From the human T2T-CHM13v2.0 reference genome, Homo sapiens, in the NCBI RefSeq assembly GCF_009914755.1, contig NC_060925.1: 64,000 nt of DNA. The stretch is one strand, 5' to 3'. Every line of letters begins with the position of its first letter. Position 1 is the stretch's first letter. Shown piece by piece: positions 1-11,918 of the stretch. The position numbers and the translations under genes are program-made. The notes under the pieces are model-generated. The model did not search any database and was not told the DNA's origin. It saw nothing but the letters and a program-made list of their open reading frames with translations.

Positions 1-2137
1 CCACCAGATCTTGTGAAAACTTACTCACTATCACAAGACTAACGTGGGGGAAACTGCCCTCATGATTCAATTACCTCCCATCAGTTGCCTTGCATCATGC
101 ATGAGGATTATGGGAACTGCAATTCAAGATAAGATTTGGGTGGGGACATAGCCAAACCATATCCTTTCACCCCAGCCTGCCCTAAACCTCATGTCCTCAC
201 ATTTCAAAACACAATCATGCCCTTCCAACAGTTCGTCAAGGTCTTAGCTCATTCTAGCATTAACCCAAAAGCCCAAGTCCGAAGTCTCATCTGAGACAAG
301 GCAAGTCCCTTTGGCCTATGAGCCTGTACAATCAAAAGCAAGTTAGTTACTTCCTAGATACAATGGAGGTACAGGCATTTGGTAAATGCACCTGTTCCAA
401 ATGGGAGAAATTGGCCAAATGAAGGGGCTACATGCTCCATGCAAGTCCAAAATCCAGTGAGGCAGTCAAATCTTAAAGCTCTGAAGTGACCTCCTTTGAC
501 TCCATGTCTCACATCCAGGTCACACTGATGCAAGAACTGGGCTCCTATGGCCTTGGGCAGCTCTATCTTTGTGGCTTTGCAGGGTATAGCCCCACTTCTG
601 GGCTGCTTTCATGGGCTGGCATTGAGTGTCTGCAGCTTTTCCAGGTGCACGGTACAAGCTGTTGGAGGATCTACCATTCTGGGGTCTGGAGGACACAGTC
701 CCTTTTCTCACAGCTCCACTAGGCAGTGCCTCAGTGGGGACTGTGTGTGGGGACGTTGACCCCACATTTCCCTTTTACACTGCCCTAGCAGAGGTCTCCA
801 TGAGGGCTCCACCCCTGCAGCAGACTTCTGCCTAGACAACCAGGTGTTTCCATATATCCTCTGAAACCTAGGTGGAGTTCCCAAATCTCAATTCTTGACT
901 TCTCTGCATTTGCAGGACCAACATTATGTGGAAGCTGCCAAGGCTAGGGGCTTACACCCTCTGAGGCAACAGTCTGAGCTGTACCCTGGCCTCTTTTAGC
1001 CAAGCCTGGAGCGGCTGGGATGCAGGGCACCAAATCCCAGGGCTGCACATAGGAGGGGGGCCCTGGACCCAGCCCATGAAAAATTTTTTGCCTAAGCCTC
1101 TGGGCCTGTGATGGGAGGGGCGGCCATGAAGTTTTCTGACATGCCTTGAAGACATTTTCCCCTTTGTCTTGACGATTAACATTTGGCTCCTCATTACTTT
1201 TACAAATTTCTGCAGTAGCTTCCATTTCTCCCCAGAAAATTGTTTTTGCTTTTCTATCACATCACTAGGCTGCAAACTTTCCAAACATTTATGCTCTGCT
1301 TCTTCTTGAACTCTTTGCCACTTAGAAATTTATTCTGCCAGATATCCTAAATGACCTCTCTCAAGTTCAAAGTTCCACAATCTCTAGGGCAGGGGCAAAA
1401 TGCCACCAGTCTTTTTGCATAGCAAGAGTGACCTTTACTCCAGTTCCCAACAAGTTCCTTACCTCCGTCTGAGACCACCTCAACCTGTACTTCATTGTCC
1501 ATTTCACTATCAATGTTTTGGTCAAAGCCACTCAACGAGTCTCCAGGAAGTTCCAAACTTTCCCACATCTTCCTATCTTCTGAGCCCACAAAATCTCTAG
1601 AAAGTTCGAAACTTTCCTACATTTTTCTGTCTTTATCTGAGCCTTTCAAATGGTTCCAACCTCTGCCTGTTACCCAGTTCCAAAGTTGCTTCCACATTTT
1701 TGGGTATCTTTATAACAGCACCCTGCTCTCTGCAGTACCAATTTACTGTATTAGTCCATTCTCATGCTGCTATAAGGACATACCCAAGACTGGATAATTT
1801 ATAAAAGAAGGAGGTTTAATTAACTCACAGTTTCACAGGGCTGGGGAGGCCTCAGGAAAATTACCATCATGGTGAAAGGGGAAGCAAACATGTCCTTCTT
1901 CTCATGGTGGCAGAATGAGAGCAGAATGAGAAGAAGAATGACAGCCGAGCAAAGAGGAAAGCACTTTATAAGATCATCAGATCTTATGTGAACTTACTCA
2001 CTACCATAAGAACCGCATGGGGGAAACTGCCCCCATGATTCAATTGCCTCCTACCAGGTCGCTCTCACCACACATGGAAGTTATGGAAACTACAATTCAA
2101 GATAAGATTTGGGTGGGGACATAGCCAAATCATATCA
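1..2137 (-). mobile_element. THE1C/D (ERVL-MaLR) provirus: 3' LTR cut by window start (1-162), internal region (163-1746), 5' LTR (1747-2137)
   Basis: Reverse-strand THE1 LTR termini (TGTATTAGTCC... at 1747; ...CCAAA(C/T)CATATC at ~162 and 2137). The ~1.6 kb between is typical THE1-int; ORF-track peptides such as MWESLELP..DQN.D..MDNEVQ recur in the + strand copy at 12396. Confidence 0.93.
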
Positions 2138-2269
2138 ATGGGAGTGCAACATTTCTGAACCCAAAATGCTAAGAACTGCTTTGCACCCCCTCAGGTAATG
2201 ATCAATGTTCTAGGGGCCAGGAAAAAAAGCACTGGGTACTAGGCATTTTTAGTATAATTTTCTATGTCC

Positions 2270-2390
2270 TTGTCATAACTATTTTATGGAGGAGGAAATT
2301 AAGGCTCAGGGAGTTGCTCAGTGTCACACAGTTAGCAAATAGCAGAGCTGGGATCCAAACCCAGGTCTTTTTAATTCCAAAGTCCATGCT
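2270..2390 (-). mobile_element. MIR SINE fragment
   Basis: Reverse MIR core: ttttatggaggaggaaattaaggctcagg...gtcacacagttagcaaatagcagagctgggatccaaacccaggtc. Confidence 0.75.
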
Positions 2391-2958
2391 GGAATAGCTA
2401 TAGCATACCCTCTGATTTTCTAAGAGACACTATGCAGTGGCCAATATGCAGGTCCCAGTCAATGAGACCTTGAGTAAGTCAATGTGCTATCTTGAGACCC
2501 TCTATTTTTTTTTTCCTTTATTTTGCAGGCAAGAACAGAAACCCAAAGTTCCTACAATTCTAAATATTTCATGGTTTGGGCATTGTTTGTAAAGCCCCTC
2601 ATTCTCATCACCCAGAACCAAAGCAAAAGAGGTTCATGTTCAAATCTTGCCTCATATGTAAATCTTTTCTTTATTTACTTAGTTTTTGCTTTAAGAAGAA
2701 AGGAAATCTGACTTTTTAAAGTGGAAGCCTGACTCTACTGAGGAATTTTTATCATTCCTGAAACTTTTCAAAATGTATTTACTTTTGAAGAAAGGAATGA
2801 CTTAGTTTTCCCTTTACCACACGAGTCCTCATCGTCAAAATAAAATGAATTCTTCTGTGACTATTCCACCAAGCCTTTCCAATCTTCTCACCTAGTGCCC
2901 AGGATTTTCTGTATTTATTCAGTAAACAGTTCCTGATGGCCTGCTCTGTGCCTGTAGG

Positions 2959-2979
2959 GTGTGTGTGTGTGTGTGTGTG
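2959..2979. repeat. (GT)n microsatellite
   Basis: About 10 GT units, seen directly. Confidence 0.9.
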
Positions 2980-3649
2980 CATGCACGTGCTTCCCTAAGA
3001 TGGCTAAGGGAATACCCTAGCAAGAGAGACAGACACATCTAAAACTGAGGACACAAAGTGCTAAATGCTATAATAGGGGTGAAGTTTTACTTCTTGCTAC
3101 TTTGGGTCCAAGAAGGGGGGACCTTATGGGAGTCAGCACATGTGAATCAGATAAGAGGGTGGTGTTCATATGTCACTGGACCACTGACCAGGGGTTCAGG
3201 GATAAGATCTGGCCCTAGGGAGGATATCATTGAAAGTAGGAAGGACCCTGGGTCAGGTCACCAGGGCCCCAACCCTGGGTTGGGGATTAGGGGTGAACTC
3301 TGACCTGGTTCAGGACTGGGATGCTGGGCAGGGCCACAGATCTTAACTCAGGAACAGTAACCCAGGCAGAGCCCTGAACCCACAACTCAGGCCAACCACA
3401 GGAGTAGAATCTCAATTTAGAAGCTTAATGGATAGCTAAGCTTAAACTGCAAAGGTTTCTTTAGCTCTAAAGAAGGAGGCCTGGGTTGGAGGGAAAGAAA
3501 GGAGTGGAGCAGCAGACTGGTGTTTAGGTCTTGCAGACCAAGTACCCAATCTTTCTATCAGTTTGCACAGATGTGGGACAAGCACAAAAGATGGAGGGCA
3601 GGGCCTGAAATCTGTCAGTGGTCAAATGCAAAACTTGGAATCAGATTCT

Positions 3650-3985
3650 TTATTTTGTTTTTCATTTTTTATTTTTAGAGACAAAGTCTCGCTCTGTTGC
3701 CCAAGCTAGAGGGCAGTGGTGCTATCATAGTTCAGTGCAACCTCAAACTCCTGGTTTCAAGTGATCTTCCCACCTCAGCCTTCTGAGTAGCTGGGACTAC
3801 AGTCTGACCCCACTGTGCCTCACTTAAAAAACAAGACAAAACAAAACAAAACTGTAGAGCTGGGCTCTTGCCATGTTGCTCAAGCTGGTCTCAAATTCTT
3901 GGCCTCAGTCAATCTTCCTGCATCAGCCTCTCTGTGCCTGTAGGGTGTGTGTGGGGTTACAGGAGTGAGCCACCACACCCGACCA
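3650..3985 (-). mobile_element. AluJ, antisense, with a replacement patch in the left arm
   Basis: T-rich tail then gagacaaagtctcgctctgttgcccaagctagagggcagtggtgctatcatag...; ends ...gtgagccaccacacccgacc. J-type motifs. Confidence 0.9.
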
Positions 3986-3999
3986 AGATGTTTTATTAC

Positions 4000-5015
4000 A
4001 ATATCAACTACCTACTTGGCATTTGATGTCTAAGAAACATTCAAGCTCATCATGGCCAAAGCAAAACTTTTGATTTACAACTGCTTTGCCCCACAACTTA
4101 TCTCTTGGTCCTCCCCATTTAATAATAGGGCACTGTAATTCACCCACGTGCTCAGGCCAGACACCTAGGAGTCACCTTGGATTTCTCGACATTGCTTATT
4201 CCTGCATCAGGTAGGCTCTCCCCTCTGTCTCTCCTGTCACCACCTTAAGTGTCAGTGGCTGAACAGGTAGGGCACTTTGTGGGCAGAACATAAGCCAACT
4301 CCTGATCATTAAGTGAGGATAGTTCGGTAAAATCACTTTCTGTAGGTTTAAGCCATCGTTATCTACTGGGCTCCTGATATAGTCACATAGCTGATGGCCC
4401 CATTTCTGTTCTCTCTCCTCTGTGATCAAGCCTCTGTGTGGCAGTCAAAGTGACCCTTGAAAACATAAGCCAACCATGTCATTCTCCTGTTCAAGACCCT
4501 CCCAGAGGCTCCTCATCACTCTCAGAATAAATCCCAGTCTATGTTATGGCTCCCTAGGACCTGCCCCTGAGGTCATTTGCTATCCCTCTTCCCTACTTTA
4601 CCCTGGTCTGCCTGGCTTGCTTTCTGTTGTTTGACTGTATCAACCTCATTTCTGCCTCAGGGCCTTTTTACTTGCTGTTTTCTATAGCACAAATACCCTT
4701 ATATCTGCTTATTTATGGCTGCCTTCTTTTAAATCATGTCTCATTTCAAATGAGAGGTCATCTCCTCAGAGAGACCTTCTCTGATTACACTCTGTGATGT
4801 AGCAACCCTGCCTTTCCACAACCCCCTCTAATTTCCAAGTTCTATTTTTTCCACATTTTACTTATCTTTACTTGATGTTTGTTTGCTTGTTTATTGTTTA
4901 TCCTTCCCCCCGACACCAATAAAATGTAAGCTTCCTGAGAGCAGGGGCTTGTTTAGTCTTGTATTTCCAGCATGTGCAACAGCATGTGGCACCTAGTAGA
5001 GAGTCAATAAATGCC
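4000..5015 (+). mobile_element. L2 LINE 3' fragments
   Basis: L2 motifs gatgtctaagaaacattcaagctcatcatggccaaagc, cctcagggccttttta, and 3' end aatgtaagcttcctgagagcagggg...tggcacctagtagagagtcaataaatg. Confidence 0.75.
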
Positions 5016-5373
5016 TTGAAATGGTGCTTTAAAACTTCTTACCTCCATGCTCCACGGCACGGTCTTCATTCCAGAGAGTCCATAAAACGACACCTCCTTG
5101 GAGGTGATGAGGGTTAGGAAGTGTATGGTAACAGAGTAGTGTAGATCAAACACATTGGGTGTGATCACATCATGCTGTCATTTATAAAAAATCCTGAATA
5201 TATATTGAGCAGCAAAGAATGAAGAATTTTACTGCCTCCTAATACATAATACATCCCAATGATTTAACATGTAAGAGAACTTTGTAGATAAACCTTAGGC
5301 CAGGTAAGGAGTGGCCTGAGGGTCTAATTTTCTCTTGCAATCCAAGTGAAGAAGAGTGTTTATGACTGCCAAG

Positions 5374-7480
5374 CAGGGGTGGATTTACCCTGAGACTAAT
5401 GACACTTAAGCTTTAGGGTTTCTCACTTGTATAGGTGTCTTCCAAGGCTCTGAGAAGGGCTCCAGCAATGCCTTTGCATAGTCATATAAATGTGTGTGTA
5501 CAATGTTCAAAAGTAAGGCATTACTTAAGTTAGCTCAGGCCATTGCCTCTCTACTCCAACTTCTAATATGTCACACTTCCCCTTGTATTTGCTGGCATTG
5601 GAAGGCTGTGGGCATTGCTGGAATTTGGTGAGGCGAAGTTGAATTGGGGATGCATTTGGTTTGAGTTTCATGAGATTTATTCATGTGAATCACTGTCTCC
5701 TCCATTCATAGTTAAGTTGTGATAGACATCTTGTGGTAGAAAAGTCTTCCAAAACCATTTCTACCACCCACTGTGCTCTGGCAAAGCCAGAGGCAGGATC
5801 CCAATATGAACGTGTCTGCTATTCTATGGCAGCAGGAATACATGAATACAGGAGGAGAAACAAAAAGGGATCAGAAGCTAGTTTGTGGAAAATGCCTATA
5901 AAGATCAGATGTTTAAAATTCTAAGTGGTGGATTTGGTTCTCCTTGGCACCTAGTCAAAATGGAAGTTCCCATCCACAAGAAGTATATTAAACAAGGCAG
6001 TGTGTGCAATTAAAAGTGTTCCCAGCATTAGTTGCATGAAATAGAGTTGTTGTTTTTTTAATGAGCATTCCTGTATTCACAGGGCACAGACCTGTATCAG
6101 TATTACCAATAGCGAGTACCTCAGTGTGAGGTCTCATGTCTTATGCATCCCAAACTGTCAAGCTGTATCTTAGAGCATCTGGACTGTCTTAATGATATAT
6201 CTGACACATCTGGTTCTCACAAAGTGTGATTTGGATCCAGAAGAAACGGAACCTAAAATTACCACGAATGCAGTGATACAGCTTTGTGAGACAGGTGTTT
6301 CAGTGGCAACATTTCTGTACATGCTCATCAACAAGTCCCTGTATACTGTTTAAGAACAATTTAATAGTATAACTATGTAGCTAAAAAACTAGAGATAATT
6401 TTAAAATGATTTGAATTTTTCTTGCTATATCTCAATTTTAGATTAATTTTGTATCTTTTTTTCAGAATTATTGATTATACATGAAATCAAGTTTTATGAG
6501 ACAGAACTATTTCAGTGGAAGCCAAAAGGGTAAACTGAAAAAAAAAGAATACTGGCTGAAACTTTAAATGTCAAAGCTCTCTTATTATATCACAAAAATA
6601 ACTAAAATCTCTGTTGGTCAAAATTATGAAGATAAGAAAAGAATTAGAAAATAGAATGAAATTGACAACAGAAGTAAAAAGATGATGATGAGAAGCAAGA
6701 CACTTCTAGACAGAAAGCACAAAAGCAAAAAGGAAATAAAAATTATGGCAAAGAATAAGATAATTTATACTCTCAACAGAAAACACAAAAAGGTCAACAG
6801 TTGCTTTATTTTGATGAATTCATTGTGTCCTGTTGAAATGAGCAGTAATTTCATTCAACTCGATGTGTTCAAAGACAGTTTTTTTTAAAAGAAAAAATAA
6901 CATAAAACTCTTTATATACCATATAAGGACATCAGTGTCAAGCTAGTTAATCAATGTCATCAACTCAAAAAGTATTTAAGGTTGGTCACACACAATAAAA
7001 CTTGACATGCTCTAAAAATCTTACAGCTCATCTATGAAAAAAACTGTATAGAGTTTTTTTTTTTTCTGACTTTGATGATAATCCTGAAATTTTACATGAC
7101 ATTCCCAGTAACAACTTGCGGAGCTGAAACTTTTTCTAAAGGATCCACAATGAAAACAAATTTCAAAAGTCCACACTAGAGGAAGAAGGGTTCAATTTTC
7201 TGTTCCTTCTGCAGAAAATACGATAAAATTGCTGTCATGTCAAAAAGTGAACAAGACACAGCCAAAAATGGGAAAAACTTACAAACAAACATTTGGGATT
7301 TTATATTTGTCAGCCTTTAAAAATGTATAAACTTTGGTGATTTATTTTCTCATTCTAAATAAATATTCACTCTTGAACCTAATTTTGTATTTACCATTTT
7401 GTGTTCTTTTTCTCTAGGTGGACCTCCACAGGAACAAATCATATCCATGTCAGGCGGCACCAAACCTAAATCTGCTTCTG
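5374..7480 (+). mobile_element. Zaphod/MER115-type hAT-Tip100 DNA transposon fossil, internally deleted, both termini present
   Basis: Left end CAGGGGTGGATTTACC...cttaagctttaggg; right end ...cctaaatctgcttctg (inverted termini). 7081-7140 translates ILKFYMTFPVTTCGAETFSK, resembling the hAT C-terminal dimerisation motif. Confidence 0.8.
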
Positions 7481-7750
7481 CCTCAGCAGACAGGACATGG
7501 TAACTGTGGCTTCTGCAGCATTTGGGATGGAAAAACATGGGATGCAAACCAATTCTAGCAATGCCTAGAGATGCAGGGGATAGAAATTTCTTCTGTAAGA
7601 ATGTACTAGATAAAATGTATATTTGTTGAAACAATTAGCTACTCCTTGACCAACAAGGCGAGAGCTCCACTATATGGCATCACCCATGTAGATCGTGAAC
7701 AACAAAGCATAATTTGATCTGACCACCTCAAAACATTGTTTTTGTTTCCT

Positions 7751-8163
7751 ATTATATTAGGTTGTCCCCACAAAATTCATGTCCACCTGAAACTCAGAAT
7801 TTGGAAATAGGGTCTTTGCAGATGTTGTTGCTTAGGTTAGGATGAGGTCATACTCGGTTAGGATGGGCCCTAAATATGGTGTGCTTATAGGAAAACCAGG
7901 TGAAGACACAGAAGAGAAGGCCATGTGAAGAGGGAGGCAGAGATTGGAGGCATACTGTCACAAGCCAAGGTGCGCCTGGGGCCATCAGGAGCCAGGAGAG
8001 GCAAGGAAGAATTTTCCCCTAGAGCCTTGGGAGGGAGTACAGTGCTGACAGTACCCTAATTTAGCATGTCTAGCCTCTAGAACTGTGAGAGAATATATTT
8101 CTGTTGCTTTAAGCCACATAAGTTTATGGTGATTTGTTATGGGAGACCTAGGAAGCTAGTGTA
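7751..8163 (+). mobile_element. MLT1B/C solo LTR (MaLR)
   Basis: aaaattcatgtccacctgaaactcagaat...ggaaatagggtctttgcagatg...gcctctagaactgtgagagaatatatttctgttgctttaagcca. Confidence 0.85.
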
Positions 8164-9001
8164 CCTGGTAGCTGGTAGACTTTGGGTGAGACTGGGACAG
8201 GTACTGCTAATGGTCAGAGTTTTAAGAGAGGCAAGCAGAGAAACCCCCGTCTCCATTGCTTCATGACTTTGTTGCAACACAAACATTCATGGTGCTTTTA
8301 TTATACACAAATTGCTGTGCAGGCCACAGGGGATGGAGAAAGCAGTTAGACACAGTCCTGGTCTGGTGGAGCTTATGCTCAGGCAGAGAGATGGCAGGAT
8401 AAAAAGATGGCTGCTTCACAAGGGAGAAAAAGCAGAGCAGGGACCCAGCCTACGTTTCCCACAGAGACTGCTGTAGTGGGGCGGGTAAGGGGGCATGAGT
8501 TGTTTGAGACCAAGCTGGCAACAAACTGGAGAAAGGCCTGAGTGCAGGGGGTAGGGGAGAGAGGGAGGGAGGAGATGGACTTAACCCATTTTCCATGAGG
8601 ATGAAACTGGGAGGAGAGTGAAAGTGCTTCAAGGTGATTTTTCCAAAGGATTTCTGGATGGGGTGCTGTTCAGTGTCTGGTGTTGTGCTTTTGACAAAAC
8701 CAACAGTGAAACTCTCCATTATTACCTAAAGCTTTCAGAGTGAGACCAATGTTCCTCTGATGTGGCATCTTATAGATACATGGTCATGAGACCTTCTGGC
8801 TTTACACAGGTTACTCATGGACGCAGATATTCATAGTAGAAGGTGGGATGTGAGCTGGGCAGGAGGCAAGCTGCAAACAAAGCAGCAATTGAGGCCAGAA
8901 AAGGTGAAGGCACATTCTGTTTGGGAGCTACTCTTTGCTTCCCTAAGATTCTCCACAACCTAATGTAGCTACAATCAAAAGGCAATTTACTGCCAAGTAA
9001 G

Positions 9002-9363
9002 TGATATGGTTTGGCTGTGTCCGCACCCAAATCTCATCTTGAATTGTAGCTCCCATAATTCCCACGTGTTGTGGGAGGAATCTGGTGGGAGATAATTGAA
9101 TTATGGGGGCGGTTTCCCTCATACTGTTCTCGTGGTAGTGAATAAGTCTTACAACAGCTGATGGTTTTACAAGGGGAAACCCCTTTTGCTTGGCTCTCAT
9201 TTCCTCTTGCCTGCTGCTATGTAAGATGTGCCTTTCACCTTCCACCATGATTGTGAGGCTTTCTCAGCCACGTGGAACTGTGAATCTATTAAACCTTTTT
9301 TTCTTTATAAATTACCCAGTCTTGAGTATTTCTTTATCAGCAGTGTGAGAACGGACTAATACA
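9002..9363 (+). mobile_element. THE1B solo LTR
   Basis: TGATATGGTTTGGCTGTG...GGACTAATACA with a perfect 5-bp TSD GTAAG (8997-9001 and 9364-9368). Confidence 0.95.
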
Positions 9364-10554
9364 GTAAGCAGTTTTCTTTCTAGGGTGATGGTAACTATTG
9401 ATGCTAACATTGGTTCCCAACTTCACTTCCCCAACAAAGCAGGAAACAGCTAGAGCCCACTGGCTTTAGAACATGCTGTTAGAATTTTTTGAGTCTCATC
9501 AAAACTTCACAGAAATCCTAGCTAAGTTTTTCTTTCCATTCGGGTGTAACCTCTGAACGCCCCCTGCAAACTCTTCCTTTTCCTTAATTATCCTTTTGAC
9601 CTTCAGAGTGCATTTGCCAGGGGTTCTGAATAGATCCTTAGTTGCAAATGTAGTGTGTTATTTCTAAGACTTGTATTTTATAAAGTACATCATAAAATTC
9701 TATCTCAGGGCCCAGGTGGTTAAGAGAATATTTCAAATGTTCTACTTATTTTCAGAAGCAAGGGGGGCTAATCCTAAAAAAAAATTCCTTTACATATTGG
9801 CCAAGTCCCTGATGTACAGTTGGACCACATCATAAAATGCTCTTAAATGGTTATGGCCAGTGTCAGTGGATTGAATCATCTCCCTATGCAGATGATGAGT
9901 CTTTGGGATTGGGGCTGTTCCCAAACCCAGATAACTTTAGAATGCAAACTTGGGCACCTGGGGAACTGGCTGCAGCCACCTGCTTTTTTGGAAACTAAAA
10001 AGGAAAAGGCATCTGTCAATTGTGTTCCCTTGATACTAGCCCCAACTGATTCTAAAAACAACATTCAATTGAAAATAAGCTCCCAAATGACGTCAGATTT
10101 GGGAAGAAATTGCATCCAAAGTATCACTTATGGCCAACAGTCAATTTTTAATTTTTCCTTTGTGTCTCTCTTTTGTCTTTCCCAGGAAGCATTTTCTCTT
10201 CTAGCCATGGCTCAAAGTCTACAAAGCTTGCATCTTCTACTTTAGTGTGAACTTGCTGAACTCTAGTTGCTTTCACTGCAGGGAAGGGACTTTAGACCCA
10301 TCTCTGCTTGATGGTTTTGTGAACCCGGATGGGTCACTTTCCTCTCTGTCTTGATTTTTCCCAAATGTAGAATGAAGGTGGAAAAATCACAGATTCTCCA
10401 CATTCTGATGGGGAGAAGGTTTTGCTTTCTTCCAGAGAACCAGTGATTCTGATCATCTACAATGTTTTACCTCTTACTCTAGGTGTCACTGACAATTTTA
10501 GCAGTGTAGCATCGCTCCAAATTATCTTTTATCTACTATATCAGCCAAACTAGA

Positions 10555-11043
10555 TAGGATGGGTAATTTCATGTGTCACCTTGACTGAGCTAAGGGATGC
10601 CCAAATATCTGGTGTAAACATTATTTCTGGGTGTATCTGTGAAGGTGTTCCTGGAAGAGATTAGCATTTGAATAGGTAGACTGAGTAAAGAAGATCCCAC
10701 CCTCACCAGTAAGGGTAGGTGTCATCTAATCTGTAGATGGCCAAAATAGAACAAAAAGGCAGAGGAAGGGTGAATAATCTCTCTTTGCTTGGGCTGGTGC
10801 ATCCATCTTCTCCTGCCCCCAGATATCAGTAGTCCTGGTTCTTGCGCCTTTGGCTTCAGACTGGGAATTACATCATCAGCTCTCCTTGTTTTCAGGACTT
10901 TGGACTTAGACTGAATTACACCACTAGCATTCCTGGTTCTTCAGCTTTCAGACAGCATATCATAGAACTTCTTGGCTTCCATAATTGTGTGAGGCAATTT
11001 CAATAATAAATCTCCTCTTATGTGTCTATGTATATCCTATTGG
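10555..11043 (+). mobile_element. MLT2B/D (ERVL) LTR, 3'-terminal ~30 bp missing
   Basis: gatgggtaatttcatgtgtcaccttgactgagctaagggatgccc...tagaacaaaaaggcagaggaaggg...aataaatctcctctta...tatatcctattgg. Confidence 0.85.
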
Positions 11044-11918
11044 ATATATATAGATTGGATAATTGGATAATTGGATAATTAAAGGGCCTTTGTGGGGTTA
11101 CTGCACCAAATAGCTCCAACAGAGTCAATCACATTATATTCCATATGTAAATGGCACCCTAGAGTTGTGGAATCCGGCAGGTAGGGAGGATGTGGTGGGA
11201 ATCACTATTTCTGCATTTTGTCATTCTTTGATGAAGATAGTATTCTCAGTAATTTCTGCCTCCAGGGATGTGAAAGGGCTTTTCATATACATTTTGCTGG
11301 GGGAGGGGGACTGCAGGGGCCTTTCTTGGCCTTTCCTGCTTGGCTCTTTCTTCACAGATTAGGAAGCCAGTGTGTGGAAGCCAATGTGAGTGCCTGATAT
11401 TATGTTTCCAGGACTATATTCAGAAATTCCAGGATGGATTTGATGTTTCCACAGAGCTTACAATGCAAATTGAATTAAAATTTCATTTATCACTTGACTT
11501 CTATAAACCCTTACTCTACCTGCTGGACTGCAGTAGGTTCTGGGTCCTAGGATTTAGTGTTTAATTAAGGCCAGTGCCTAGTAATTCCTCAGAGATCTTT
11601 TTATCCTGTTAAAAAGGCACTAATATTCCACACTACGGAGAATTACCCACAAATAGGAAAAGGAGTTGAATATTGAGCAGAAGAAAAACAAAACCAAAAA
11701 TAGGACCGCTATGATATTTTTCATTCATTCAGCAGTCATTTATTGAGTACTCACTATGTTATATTCTAGGCTGTAGTTTTCAACCACAGGTATCCTAGTA
11801 TTGCTTACAGGTACATTAAAGCATTCTGTAAATAATGGAATGTTTCCTGCCAAACCATGAAATTTAAATAGTCTGAGTCGTGTCCCATTACTTTTATCAT
11901 GCCAAGTGCAATCCCACC

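Noticed and set aside
486-1797. Clusters of ORFs here and at 12030-14031 with mutually similar peptides
   Set aside because: Translations of two homologous THE1 elements, not paralogous genes.
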